A program made the translations under genes and the position numbers. 64,000 nucleotides of DNA from the human T2T-CHM13v2.0 reference genome, Homo sapiens, in the NCBI RefSeq assembly GCF_009914755.1, contig NC_060947.1. One strand, given 5' to 3'. Positions within the stretch are counted from its first letter, which is position 1. Each line of letters begins with the position of its first letter. This document shows positions 1 to 14,125 of this stretch, one piece after another. The notes under the pieces were generated by a model. That model was not told where the DNA came from, made no database searches, and saw only the letters and a program-made list of their open reading frames with translations.

Positions 1-2325
1 GAAGGGGCAATCCTCAACTTAATAAAGAACATCTACAGGAAACCTACAGCTAACATACCTCATGGTGAGAAACTAGAAGCTTTCCCACTAAGATCAAGAA
101 AAAGGCAAGGATGTCTCCTCTCACTACAGCATTTCAACATTATACTGGAAGTCCTATCAAATGCAATAAGATAAGAAAATGAAACCAAAGATATATAGAT
201 TGGGAAGAAAGAAATAAAAATTTATTTCTTCATAAATGATATGATTACCTATGTAGAAAATCTGAAAGAATCAACAACAACAAAACCTCCTGAAGCTAAT
301 AAGTAATTACAGTGAGGTTGCAGGATGCAAAGTTAATATGCCAAAGTCAGTTGTTTTCCTATATACCAGCAATGAACAAGTAGAATTTGAATAAAAAACA
401 CAGAACTTCCTAAAAATGAAATACTTAGATATAAATCTGGCAAAATACGTACAGCATGTAAGGAAAACTGCAAAACTCTGATGAAAGATGTCAAAGAAGA
501 ACTAAATAAATGGAGGAGATTTTATGTTCATGGATAACATAACTCAATATTGTCAAGATGTCAGTTGTTCACAACTTAATCTATAATTTCGATGCAATCC
601 CAATAAAAATCCCAGCATCTTATTTTGTTGCTCACAAAAACTGATTCTAAAGTTTATATGGAGAGGCAAAAAACACAGAATAGTCAACTCAATATTCAGG
701 GAGATGAACAAAGTCAGAGGACTGACACTACCTGACTTCAAGACTTACCATAAATCTACAGTAATCAAGGCAGCATAGTATGATAAAAGAGTAGACAAAT
801 GGATCAGCGGAAAAGAACAGAGGGTCAATAATAGACCCACATAACTCTACTCAGCTGATTTTTGACAGAAAAACAAAGGCAATACAATGGAGAAAAGAGT
901 CTTTTCAATAAATATTGGTAGAAGAACTGGACATCTACAAGGAGAAAAAAATGAATCTCGACACAGAAATTACATCCATCACAAAATTCAATCAAGATTA
1001 ATCACAGACAGTAAAATTCAAAACTATAAAATTCCTAGAAGATAACAGGGGAAAACCTAGATGACCTCAGATATGGAGATGATATTTTAGACACAACGCC
1101 AAAGGCATGATACATGAAAAACCTAGTTGATAAGCTGAACTTCATGAAAATGAAAAACTTCTGCTCTGTGAAAGACAATGCTGAAAGAATAAGAAGACAA
1201 AGCACAGATTGAGTGACAATATTTGCAAAAGATATATATGATAAAGTATTGTTATTCAAAATATAATAAGATTTCATAAAATTCAACAATATGAAAATGA
1301 ACAACCCAATTTTTTAAAATGGGCAAAAGACCCAAACAGACACTTTACCAAAAAATATATGAATGACAAGTAAGCATATGAAAAGACGCTCAACATCATA
1401 TGTCATTAGGAAGTTTTAAATCAGAATGATAATGTGATACCACTATACCTTTTAGAGTGGCCGATCTAAAACACTGGCAATACAAAATGCTGGCAAGGAT
1501 GTAGAGCAATAGGAACTCTCATTAGTTGCTGATGGAAATGCAAAATGGAACAGCCACTTCGGAAGACAGTTAAGCAGTTTCTTACAAAAATAAACATGTG
1601 CTTACCATACAATCAAGCAATTGTGTTCCTAGCATTTATCCAAGTAAATAGAAGACTTATGTCCACACAAAACCTGCACATAGATATTTATAGCAGCTTT
1701 ATTGATAATTTCTAAAACTCGGATGCAGCTAAGATGACCTTTAGTAAGTGAATGGATAAACAAACTGGTACATCCAGATAATGAGCTATTATTTAGCACT
1801 AAAAAGATGTGAGCTACCAAGTCATGAAAAGATATGGATGAAATTAAGTGAAAGAAGCCAATTTGAAAAAGCAATATACTGTATGACTCCAACTATATGA
1901 CATTCTGGAAAAGGCAAAAACGTATACAGTAAAATGATCAGTGTTTGCTAAGAATTAGGGGGAAGGATAAATGAATAAGTGGAGCATAGAGGATTTTAGG
2001 GCGGTGAAAATACTCTGTGTGATACTATGATGGTGGTGTGATACTAAAATGGCGGCTACATGTCATTATGCATTTGTCAAAACTCACAGAATGTACAACA
2101 CCAAGAGTGAATGCTAATGTAAGCTATGGACTTTGAGTAACAATAATGTGTTAATGTAGGTTCATTAATTATAACAACTGTGCCACTATGATAGAAGATG
2201 TAGATAATGGGAGAGGCTATGCATTTGTGGAGGCAGGGAGTAGATGGAATATCTCTGTATTTTCCTGTCAATTTTTCCATGAATCTAAAACTGATTTAAA
2301 AATAAAGTTTATGAATGTAAAAAAA
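1..2325 (+). mobile_element. LINE-1, L1MC1/2-type: decayed ORF2 RT/C-terminal region plus 3' UTR (5' part outside window)
   Basis: ORF2-like 'ctttcccactaagatcaagaaaaaggcaaggatg' near 80-112. L1MC-type 3' UTR 'cacagaatgtacaacaccaagagtgaatgctaatgtaagctatggactttg' near 2085, ending in aataaa and an A-rich tail. Confidence 0.88.
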
Positions 2326-2329
2326 GTAA

Positions 2330-4958
2330 CATAAAGACAGTTGTACGTAAATGGGCAATGGATAAAATGAAAGCAGAAAAGTAACTAAGCCAAAAAAAAT
2401 ACAAGAAAGGAGGAACATAAGGGGAAAAAATAGAAGAGACACTGAAACAAAAACGATTAAATATGTCAATAATTACATTAAATGTTAATCAGAGGATGCT
2501 TGAATTAAAAGGCAGAGATTGCTAGACTTGTATATAAGCAATATCCTACTATATACTATCTATAAGAGATGAATTTTAAATGTAAAGAGATAAAGATACA
2601 TCTTGCACAAAGTTACCAAAGGAAGGATGGCATTGCTATTACATTAGCAAAATAAACTTCAATAAAAAGAGTATCATGAGAGATAAACCGTAATGTTTCA
2701 TAATGATAAAAGGGCCAATGTATGAGAAAGACATAACGATCATAAATACATATGCATTTAATAAAAGAGATTAAAAATACATGGAGCAGAAATCAACAAA
2801 GTTAAAAGAAGAAAATAGACATATTTACAATCATTTTTGAAGGTTTTAACAGTCCTATCTCAACAATTGTGAGAATAACTGGAGAAAAAACTTAGTAAAC
2901 ATATAGATCATATGAATAACATGAAAAGGCATTTTAAAATCACAAAAAGAATTATAATTTATTTTGAATTCTGAATTTTGAATTCGGAATGATAATGATA
3001 TGCAAGATATCGAAATTTGAGTAATGTAGATAAAGCAGTGCTTCAGAGAAATTTATAGCATTATGCTTATATTAAAAATGAAAAGACAAAATACAATCTA
3101 TTAATTTATTATAAAGAAACTAAATAATAAAGTAAACCCGAAGTAAGCAGAAGAAAGGACACAAAAAGAAAAACAGTCGAGAAAATGAACCAAACTAAAA
3201 TTTATTCTTTAAACATATCAATAAAATTGATTAATTTCTACTTAGACAATTACTTAGGGAAAGAAAACAATTTACTAATATCAAGGGTGAAAATGAGTTT
3301 ATCACTACATGTCCAATTAGCCTTTTTTATGTCTAAAAGACATAACAAGTTAATAAAACTCATGAACAAACTTATGTCAACAATAATTTGAAAACTTACA
3401 AGACATAGACAAATTAATTAAAGAATACAACTTACCAAAACCGACATAAGACAGTATATTAAATCTGCATAGGTCTATATCTAATAAAGTAATCAAATTA
3501 ATTATCAAATACATTCATGCAAACAATCTTCAAGTCCAGATCGTTTCACTGGTAAATACAATTAATCATTTAAGAAAGAAATGACACCTATCTTACACAG
3601 ACTGCATCAGAACATAGAGGAAGAGGGAAAATTCCAGACTTGTTTTATCAAACCAGCATAACCTTAGTACCAAAATATAACAAAAGGTATTACAAAGAGT
3701 TACAAAACAATATTCCTCATGAATATTGATTTTGAAATACTTACCAAATGTTAATTTAATCAGATCTGTATATGTGTGTATGCATATATATGTATATACA
3801 TATATATATGATAACATAATAATCAAGCATGGTTTCTCCTTGAAATGCAAGATTGATTAAACACTTGAAAAGTAATCAATATAATTCACTGTGTTAGAAG
3901 GAAAAAGTAACAATGATCATTTCAATAGACAGAGAAAGTATTTGACAAAATTCAACAATCTTCTTTTATAAAAACTCTCAGCAAACTTGTATTCATAAGA
4001 TCATACTACATCTGACAAAAGGCACAATGAAAATCTTACAGCTAGCATCATATTTATGGTGAAATATTGAATGCTTTCAATGTAAGATAAGGAAAAAGAA
4101 AAGATGCCCATGCTCACCATTTTCATACAATATTGTAGTGGCAGTTATAGCCAGTGAAATTTGAAAAAAATTTTAAAAGAAAAGTCAAAATATTTGGAAA
4201 AGAAGAAGTAAAACTGTCCGTATTTGCAGACAGCAAAACTTTTAATGTGGAAAATACTAAGGAATCTAAAAGGCATCTCCTCTAAATAACAAGTGAATTT
4301 AGCAATATCACTAAATATAAAATTAATACACAAAAAGAAAAATTGAAAATTTCATTTATTGTAGCATCAAAACCAAAATAGGAATCAGTTTAACAAAATA
4401 ATATATATAAGACCTCTATTCTGAAAAATGACAAAACATTTCTGAAGACTAAATAATTGGAGGTATGGACCATTTTATGGAATAGAATACTCAATATTGT
4501 TAAAATATCAATTTTACCCAAATTGATTTATAAACTCAGTGCAATCCCAGTCAAAATTCCATCATAATTTTTGTATAGAAATGACAAGCTGATTCTAAAA
4601 TACGTATGAAAAGACAAAAACTGTTGCATGTATATAGGAATCTTGATAAAAACAAATTTGGAGTAGTTACATGACCTGACCTATAGAATTACTAAAATGG
4701 CTATAATGATCATAAAAGTGTGATACTGGCATAAAGATTAACAAACAAACTAATGGAACAGAATTAAGAGTACAGAAATAAGCCCATACTACATGGTCAT
4801 TTGATTTTATTCTATATCATTCTCAAAGCAATTTAGTGCAGGAAAAGAATTTTTTTCGACAAATAATGCTAACACAACTGGATAGCTATATAGATAAAAA
4901 TGAACTTCAGTCACCTCCTTCACACTCTACACAAAACTGAATTTAAAATGGATTACTA
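2330..4958 (+). mobile_element. Ancient LINE-1 (L1ME-type) ORF2, 5' portion, interrupted by L1PB
   Basis: Highly decayed EN-to-RT ORF2 sequence that breaks at 'atttaaaatggattacta' and resumes at about 7705. Confidence 0.8.
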
Positions 4959-7704
4959 CAGGAAGAAGTAGAAATCCTGAACAGAACAATAAGTAGCAGT
5001 GAGATTAAATCAATAATTTAAAAATTGCCAACAAAAAAAATAGCCCAGGGCCTGATGGATTTGTAGCCAAATTCTACCAAACTTTCAAGTAATTGGTACC
5101 AATTCTACAGAAAGTATTTCAAAAGATTGAGAAAGAGGGATTCCTTCCCAACTCATTCTATAATGCCAGTATCACCTTAATACCAAAAGTAGGAAAGGAT
5201 ATAACAACAACAACAAAAACTACAGAACAATATCCCTGATGAACATAGATGCAAAAATCCTTGACAAAAATACTAGCAAACTGAATCCAACAGCGCATCG
5301 AAAAGATTATTCACCACAATCAAGTGGGTTTCACCCCAGGGATGCAGGAATGGCTTAATATACATAAGTCAATAAATGTGATACATCACATTAACAGAAC
5401 TAAAAACAAAAACCATATGATCATTTCAATAAATGCAAAAAATTAGATAAAATCCAGCATCTCTTTATGATAAAAATCCTCAAAAAACTAAGCATAGAAG
5501 GAACGTACCTCAAAATAATAAAAGCCATATATGACAAACCCCCCAACCAACATCATATGGAATGGGAAAAAGTTGAAAGCATTCCCCGAGGAACTAGAAC
5601 AAGACAAGGATGCTCACTCTTACCACTCATATTCAACATAGTATTGGAAGTCCTAGCCAGAGCAATCAGGCAAGAGAAAGAAATAAAGGGAATCCAAACT
5701 GGAAAAGAGGAAGTTAAATTATCTCTGTTTGTCGATGATATGATCATATACTTAGAAAACCCTAAAGACTCCTTTAAAAGACTCCTAGATTGGAAAATGA
5801 ACTCAGTAAAGAATCAGGTTACAAAATCAACGTGCATAAATCCGTAGCACTGCCATACACCAACAACAACCAAGCTGAAAATAAAATAAAAACTCAATCC
5901 CTTTTACAATAGCTGCCAAAAAATACCCAGAAATATGTTTAATGAAGGAGGTGAACATCTTTATAAGGAGAACTGCAAAACACTGTTGAAAAAAATCATA
6001 GATGGCACAAACTAATGGAAATATATCCTATGCTTGTGGATTGGAAGAATCAGTATAATGAAAATGACCATACTGCCTAAAGCAATCTACAGATTCAATG
6101 CAATTCTCATCAAAATACTAACATAACTTTTCACAGAATTAGGAAAAACAATTCTAAAATTCGTCTGGAACCAGAAAAGAGCCCAAATATTCAAGGTAAT
6201 CCTAAGCAAAAAGAACAAATCCAGAGGTATCACATTGCCTGACTTCAAATTATGCTACAAGGCTGTTGTTACCAAAACAGCATGGTACTGGTATAAAAGT
6301 AGATACATAGACCAATGGAACAGAATAGAGAATCCAGAAATAAAGCCAAACACTTACAACCAACTGATCTTTAACAAAGCATACAAAAAATAATTTGGGG
6401 AAAGGAGGCCCTGTTCAATAAATAATTCAATAAATACAATAGGAAATTTGGATAGTCACATGTAGAAGAATGAAATTGGTTCCCTAATACTCAGCATATA
6501 AAAAATCAACTCAAGATAGATCAAAGACTTAAATCTAAGACATGAAACGATACAAATTCTAGAGGAAAACTTAGGAAAACCTCTTCTGCACACTGGCCTA
6601 GGTAAAGAATTTACAACTAAGACCCCAAAAGCAAATGCAACAAAAATAAAAATAAATAAATGAGACATAATTAAACTAAAAAGCTTCTGCACAGCAAAAG
6701 AAATAATCAGAGTAAACTGACAATTCATAGAATGGGAGAAAATATTTGCAAACTATGCATCTGACAAAGGACTAATATCCAGAATCTACAAGGAACTCAA
6801 ACAAACCAGTAAGAAAAATAATAATCCCATCAAAAAGTGGGCAAAAGACATGAATTGACATTTATCAAAAGCAGATATAAAATGGCCAACAAATAGATGA
6901 AAAAATGCTCAACATCACTAGTCATCATGAAAATGCAAATTGAAACTATGATAAAATATTATCTTACCCCAGCCAGAATGTCCATTATTAAAAAGTCAAA
7001 AAGCAATAGATGTTGGTTTGGATGTGGTGGAAAGGGAGTGCTTATACACGCCTGGTGAAAATGTAAGTTAGTACAATCTCTATGGAAAACTGTATGGATA
7101 TTTCTTAAAGAACTAAAAGTAAATCTACCATTTGATCCAGCAATCCCACTACCAGATACCAATTCAAAGGAAAATAAGTCATTATATCAAGAAATATCTG
7201 TATGCATATGTTTATTACAGCACAATTCACAATTGCAAAGATATGGAACCAACCTAAGTGTCCATCGACCAATGGGTGGATAAAGAAAATGTGGCATATA
7301 TACACTGTGGAATACTACTTAGCCATACAAAAAATTAAATAATGTCTTTTGCAGCAACTTGGATGGATCTAGAAGCCATTATTCTAAGTGTAGTAACTCC
7401 AGAATGCAAAACCCAATACTGTATGTTCTCACTTATAAGTGGGAGCTAAGCTATGGGTATGCAAAGGCATACAGAGTGGTATAATGGACTTTACAGTCTC
7501 AGAATGGGGAAGGGTGGGAGGGGGGTGAGAGATACAAAACTATATATTTTATATAATGTACACTACTCAAGTGATAGGTGCACTAAAATCTCAGACTTCA
7601 CCATTATATAATTCATTCAAGTAGCCAAAAAACACTTGTACCCCAAGAGCTATTGGAATATATATATTTATATGCACACACATATATTTATATATAATAA
7701 AAAT
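4959..7704 (+). mobile_element. 5'-truncated L1PB (L1PB2-4 type) nested in an older L1
   Basis: ORF 5467-5847 is an L1 ORF2 RT fragment ([33 protein letters not shown]...LSLFVDDMI). L1PB 3' UTR 'gagctaagctatgggtatgcaaaggcatacagagtggtataatggac'. Degenerate TSD aaaatggattacta (4945) / aaaatgaataatta (7705). Confidence 0.9.
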
Positions 7705-9082
7705 AAAATGAATAATTAGCCAAGATAAAAAAGTTAAAACCATAATTCATTTACGAGAAAACAAAAAAACTTTGTAATTTGGTATTATGCAAATATTTCT
7801 TATGCACATCACAGAAAACAATAACAATAAAAAGAGAAATCATGAATTAGATTTTATCTACATTAAAAATTTCTAATTATCAAAAGAAAACAAGAGACAA
7901 TAAGTATGCAAGCCACCTACAGGGAAAATATATTTTAAAAACAACTATATGGAAAGGTCTGATAGCCAGTACATATTTAGAAATCTTAAAACTAAGATAA
8001 GACAAGTAACCCAATTTTATGATAAACAAAATATTTCAGCACTCACTTTAGAAGAGAGTATGACTGGCCAATAGGCACATCAACAAGTGTTCAACAAATT
8101 TAAACCATGGTGAGATACCACTATATACGTACCAGAATGACCAAACTAAAAAGATTGAAACACTACCAAACATTGGCAATGATGTGGAAGAGCTGAAAAT
8201 GTCATAGATGGCTGTTTGAAAAGCAAAATTGTATACCTCTCTTGGACAAAAGACCTAGCAGTTTCTTATAAGGATTATCGTACACCTGCCTAGTGACTCA
8301 GAAATTCAGCTTCTAGAAATTGACCCAAGAAAACTGGAAGCATTTATCCACTCATAATAGCTAAATTATATTCATAATAGCTAAAAATTGAAAACAACCC
8401 AGGTGTCTTACAAAAGGAGAATGCATTTAAAAGCTGTAGTATAGTCAAACAAATGACATATTACTAAGAAATATAAAGGAATGAATTGTTCATACATTCA
8501 ACGACTTGGATTAATTTCAAAAATATTATGCTAAGTGAAATAAGCCTTACATAAAAGAGGATATTATAGGATTCCTGTTATGTAAAGTTCTTAAATAAGT
8601 AAAACTAATTTATAATAGAAAAAAATCAAATTAGATGGGTATCATGGTGATTGACTGGAAAGAGACATATGGGAACTTTCTGGGGAGATGGTGATATTCT
8701 AAATTTTGTTATGGATTTATGTTATATAAATGTATTTATTTGTTAAAACTCAGAGAATGTACACTTACAATTTGAGCATTGCATTTCATGTAAATTTATA
8801 TTAATGGATAAAAAGTCATAAACAAGCATCAAGTTTTCATGATCTGATTGCTGAAGTATTTAGTGAGAAGTGTACTAACATCTCTAATCTATTTTACAAT
8901 GCACTGAAAAATGGATTGATTAATGGGTGGAGGGATAGATAGATGGATGCATAAGTATGTGATAGAACGATTATAGTAAAATCATAATAGTAGAAACTAG
9001 GTGGTGGTTATACGTGTGTTCCCTGTAAAATTATTTCTATGTTACTATAAGTTTGAAAAAATTCACAATAAAATGTTGGAAA
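7705..9082 (+). mobile_element. Ancient L1ME-type ORF2 end plus 3' UTR (continuation of 2330-4958)
   Basis: L1ME-like tail 'gctgaagtatttagtgagaagtgtact...gtttgaaaaaattcacaataaaatgttggaaa'. Confidence 0.8.
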
Positions 9083-9139
9083 CAGAGGTCAGTAATGGAA
9101 ATGTAATGGAATCTTTTAAAAATCTTACAAAAAGGAAGG

Positions 9140-9536
9140 CGATTTAGTTTGAATATATGTCCCCAACAAAACTCATGTTAAATTTTAATCCCCAATGTTG
9201 AAAGTGGGGCCTTGTGGGAGGTGTTGGGGTCATGGGGGCAGGTCCCTCATGGCTTGGTGCTGTCCTCACAATGCTGAGTGTGTTCTTGTGAGATATGGTT
9301 GTTTAAGTGTATGGCATCTTTCCCCCGCTTGCTCCTGCTTTTGCCATGTGTCATGTCTGCTCTTGCTTCGCCTCCTACCATGAGTAAAAGCTCCCTGAGG
9401 CCTCCCCAGAAGCTGAGCAGATGTTGGTGGCATGCAGGTATAGCCTACAGAACTGTGAGCCAATTAAAACAATTTTCTTTATAAATTACCCAGCCTCAGG
9501 TATTTATTTATGGCAGTGCAAGAATGGCCTAATATA
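9140..9536 (+). mobile_element. MaLR solo LTR, MSTB-type
   Basis: 'tttgaatatatgtccccaacaaaactcatgtt...ctccctgaggcctccccagaagctgagcag...ataaattacccagcctcaggtatt...cctaatata'. Confidence 0.9.
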
Positions 9537-9539
9537 GCA

Positions 9540-10160
9540 GAAAAAAAAAAGGTTTAGGTGAAGAAAGAACACATGGGACAAATAGAAAACAGATAACAAG
9601 ATGGTACACTTAAACATATTCACATCAACAATGCTTGTAATGTAAATAATCTAAAAACTCCATGCATGTAATGTAAAAAAAATTGAGTAGATGAAAATGA
9701 AAGACAAGACAATAGGCCATTTGCAAGAAACACAGCTTAAATGTAAAGACTCCAACTGGCTGAATATAAGAGGGCCCCAAAAGATATGCCACGCAACTAC
9801 TACAAAAAAATGCTGGTCTGGCTATACTGATATAAGACAAACTAGATTTAAAATAAGAACAATTTTCATTAAAAAGAGGTACATTCCCTATAATAACATT
9901 GTCAACTAATCAACAAGATATAATACAACTAATAATAGAGCCTCAAAGTATGTGAAGCAAAAATTGACAGAAGGGGAGGGAGAATAGATATAGTTGAATA
10001 TGTTAATATGTCTCATTCGGCAACTGATAGAAGTACACAGACAGAAAGGATATAGAATTGTGAACACTATCCAACAACTATTGACAGATTTTTCACATTT
10101 ACACAGAGCATTAACCAAAATAAACCATAATCTCGGCCATAAAACAAGTCTCAATATTTT
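9540..10160 (+). mobile_element. Ancient L1 fragment (ORF2 endonuclease region)
   Basis: ORFs 9691 and 9994 give decayed EN motifs (HLQETQLK; KINHNLGHKTSLN). Confidence 0.75.
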
Positions 10161-11958
10161 TCAGCAGAAACTGTATAAGCCAGAGGAGAGTGGGATGATA
10201 TACATGAAGTGTTGAAGGAAGAAAAAGGCCTGCCAATCAAGAATACTTTATCCAGCAAAGCTATCCTTCAGAACTAAAGGAGAGAGAAATATTTTGCCAG
10301 ACAAACAGAAGCTGAGGGAGTTCATCACCGCCAAATCTGTCTTAAAAGAAATGCTAAAGAGAGTTCTTCAGTTTTCAGGCTGAAAGCAAAGGGCAGTAAT
10401 GACTAACACTGAAGCATTTTAAAGTATAAAACTCACTGGTGAAAGTAAGTACAGTCAGCTTCACAATACTCTAATACTGTAACGATGGTGTATAAATCAG
10501 TCAAATCTTTAGTATGAAGGTTAAAAACAAAACTATTAAAAACAATAAGGATAATTATAACAATTTGTTAAGGGATATGCAATACAAAAGATGTGAATGA
10601 TGCTGTCAAAAATTTAAAATGTGAAGTAGAGAGTGTCATTAAAATGTAGTTTTTTATGACTATAAAAGCTTACTTGTTACCAGCTTAAAATAACCTGTTA
10701 TATCATGAGATATTTTTGTAACACTTAGTGTAGCCACAAAGCAAAAAGTTATAATAGATACAATAAAAATAAAATGCAAAAACCCAAAATATACTATTAA
10801 AGAAATTCACTTAACCACAAAGGTAGATAGTAAGAGAGGAAGAAAAGATCTACAAAACAACTAGAAAAAAAAATAACAAAATGATAGCAATAATTCCTTA
10901 CCTACTAATAATCACCTTGAATGTAAATTCAAGACACAGAATGGCTGGAATGGATAAAACAAACAAACAAACAAACAAAAAAAAACCCCAGCTATATTCT
11001 GGTTTATATGCTCATTTCACTGTTAAGGACACTCAAGACTGAAAGAAAAGGAATGGAAAATATATTCCATGCAAATGGAAACCAAAAGAGAGCAGAAGTA
11101 GCTATACTCAGATAAAATAGACTTCAAGTCAAAAACTGTAAAAATAAACAAAGATTATATAAAGATAAAGGGGTCAATTCAGCAAGATAATACAACAATC
11201 ATAAACACATATGCACCCAACATTGGAGTACCTAAATATATCAAGCAGGTATTAATAGATCTGAAGAGAAACATTGACTATCCAATACAATAAGAGTAGA
11301 GGACTTCAATACCCCACTTACAGGAACAGACAGATCATTCAGACAGAAAATTAACAAAGAAACATCAGCTTTAAACTGCTCTCTAGATTAAATGGACCTA
11401 ACAGACATTTATAGAACATGCCATCAAACAGCTACATTATATACAATCTTCTCAACTGCACATGGAACATTCTATAGGAAAGATAATATATTAGGCCACA
11501 AAACAAGTCTTAATAAACTTAAGAAGATCAAAATCATTTTAAGTATCTTTTTTATTTTAGAAAGAGGGTCTTGCTCTGTCACCTAGCATGATTATAACTC
11601 AAAGTAGCCTTGAATTCCTGGGCTCAAGTGATATTCTCGAGTAGTGAGGACTGCAGGTATGTGCCATCACACCTGGCTAATTTTTAAAATTATTTGTACA
11701 GATGGGGTCTCACTATGTTGACCAGGATGGTCTCAAACTCCTGGCCTCAAACAATCCTTCCACCTTGGCCTCCCATATCACTGGGATCACAGACCTGAGC
11801 CACTGTGTCTGGCCCCAAATATCTATTCTGACCACAATAGTATAAAACTAGAAACTGATAACAGGAGAAATTTTGGAAACTTTACAAATAGATGAAAATT
11901 AAACAACGTGCTCTTGAAACCAATGGGTCGATGAAGAAAGTAAAAGGGAAATTAAAAC
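10161..11958 (+). mobile_element. L1M2/L1MA-type fragment: ORF1 3' end, inter-ORF spacer and ORF2 EN
   Basis: ORF1 end 'gccagaggagagtgggatgatatacatgaagtgttgaagg...ccagcaaagctatccttcag'. ORF 11392 reads MDLTDIYRTCH...LGHKTSLNK. Interrupted by AluJ. Confidence 0.85.
11547..11815 (-). mobile_element. AluJ (Jo/Jr), internally deleted
   Basis: Poly-T then 'gagggtcttgctctgtcacc...ctgggctcaagtgat...ctcctggcctcaaacaatcc...gagccactgtgtctggcc', with J-type diagnostic bases. Confidence 0.88.
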
Positions 11959-12029
11959 TCTAGCAAAACCTTTTTAATAAAATCTAACAAGCTTAATCAC
12001 ATATATATATATGTTCAAAAGATTTTTAA

Positions 12030-13640
12030 TATGTTAATCTTGAACAAGAAGAACACAGTTGGAGGACTTACACCATCTAATTTTAAGACTTACCATAAAG
12101 CTACAGTAATCAAGTTATTGTGGACTGGTGAAAGGATAGATGCATAGATCAATGGAACAGAATAGAGAACTCAAAAATAGATAAGCTGATGTTTGACTAA
12201 GATGCCAATGTAACTCAATTGGGAAAATATTTTCTTTCAAGAAATGGTGTCAGAACAACTGGATATCCAAAAATAAATCTTGATTCTTTTCTCATGCAAG
12301 TCACAGATATTAACTCGATGTGGATAATAGACCTAAACATAAAAGCTGAAATCATGAAACTTTTGAGGAAACATAGGAGAAAAATTTTTTAACACTAAGT
12401 AGGCAAAGCTTTCTTAACTAAGACACAGAAAACCTAAACCATACGAAAACAATAATTTGTACTTCACCGGAATTAAAACCTTCTGCTTTTCAGAAGACAT
12501 TTATGTTTAGAAAATAAAAGGACAGGCCAGAGTCAGGGGTTATATTCACAAATCATATATTTGATGCAGGACCTGTATGTTGAGTCTATAAAGAACTCTT
12601 AAAATTCTGTAATATGAAGAAAAACAAATAAATTATAAATGGGCAAAAGATTTGAATAATAAACTTCACAAAAGAAGATATATGAATAATCTATAAGTAC
12701 TTGAAAAGATTTTCATTGTCATTAGTCATTAGGGAAATGCAAATTAAAATAACAAGATACCACTAAACAGACAAAAGAATTAATAAAGTTTTAAATAATA
12801 AGACACACAATACCAAGACAGAACACACCAAGTGCTGTTGAGAATGTGGACTAACTAGAACTTTCATGTATTACGAGTGAAAATGTAAATTGCACAGGCA
12901 TTTTGGAAAACCAGTTTGCCATGGTCCAATAACATTTAGCATACATTTATCATACAAGATAGCAATTTTACTTGTAGGTATTTACCATAGTGAATCAAAA
13001 CATATGCCCACATAAATGTTAATAGCAATTTTATTCACAAGAGCCAAAAACTAGAAACAACCCTCATGTCCAGGAAAATGTCAATAGATTTAAAGAAAAT
13101 AGTGCATTAATATACTGTGTACCCTATGTGAAGCAATTCCAATTCTAATAATTTACTCAAAAAATAGAAACATATCCACACAAAAGCTTGTTTGTGAATA
13201 TTTATAGAGGCATTATTTATTATAGCAAAAACTAGAGGTGACCTAACTGTCCATCAGCTGGTGCATGAATAAAAATTTTAGTGTATCTAGAATGTAGAAT
13301 AATACTCAGCAATATGAAGAAATGAACTGCTGTCACTAGCAACAACTAGATCAATCAACATTATATTGAGTGAAATAAGCCAAACACAAGAATACTTACT
13401 CTTTGATTCCATTTGTGTGAAATTCTAGAAAAATTATAACTACTCCACAGTTACAGAAAGGAGATAAATAGCTGCCAAAGGTTGGAGTAAGATTTATTCC
13501 AAAGGGGCCAATGGGAATGCTTTATATCTTGATTTTTATGGTATCATTAGGTATATGTGCATTTGCTAGACTGCATCAAACTGTGCACTTAAAGTGGGTC
13601 CATTTTATGTAAATTATTCTTTAATATAATTGATTTAAAA
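12030..13640 (+). mobile_element. Ancient L1 (L1ME/L1MD-type) ORF2 C-terminal region and 3' UTR, possibly two joined copies
   Basis: 'ggaggacttacaccatctaattttaagacttaccataaagctacagtaatcaag'. The terminal ORF2 segment occurs twice (about 12960-13090 and 13130-13270). Confidence 0.8.
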
Positions 13641-13719
13641 ATCTGGATGAAGCAGCTAATCAGTGCAAATTTAAGTTATTTTATTACAGAGTCGGTCAGA
13701 ATATTAGGACACTTGGCAA

Positions 13720-13935
13720 ACTGTCATCAATATAATATCACCAACAGCCTAATAAGGTGGATAATATTGTTCCCATTTTACAGAGTAAGGAATTGTAGCC
13801 AGGAGATGTCAGCTTTGCTTTTGTCTCATAGCAAGTGCTCAATGAACATGCTGAAATACCTTGCCCACACTCACAAAGTCAGTCACTTGGTCAGTGGCAA
13901 AGCCGGGACTATAGTTTTAGTTTCTAGATTCCTGG
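13720..13935 (-). mobile_element. MIR SINE fragments
   Basis: Antisense MIR core 'cccattttacagagtaaggaa...cttgcccacactcac...gtcagtggcaaagccgggact'. Confidence 0.65.
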
Positions 13936-14097
13936 CCCGGTGCTCCTTCCATTGCATGGTGATGAAAAGGAGGAGAGAGAGAGAGGACAGTAACAATGCT
14001 GGCATGGGGAGATGTCTGGGTGAGTCAAAATGTGTAATGTGTCTACCACCTGCCAGGGCTTGGATTTCTGGTGGCCATCAGTTTCGAGAGGTGGCGT

Positions 14098-14125
14098 GGG
14101 GGTGGGAGTGGGGGTGGGGGTGGGG
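14098..14125 (+). other. G-quadruplex-forming (GGGGT)n-like tract
   Basis: gggggtgggagtgggggtgggggtgggg: five G-runs of 3 or more with 1-3 nt loops. Confidence 0.7.

Noticed and set aside
5467-5847. 126-aa ORF with reverse-transcriptase motifs
   Set aside because: It is a fragment of a 5'-truncated, stop- and frameshift-riddled L1PB ORF2, not a functional gene or a novel RT system.
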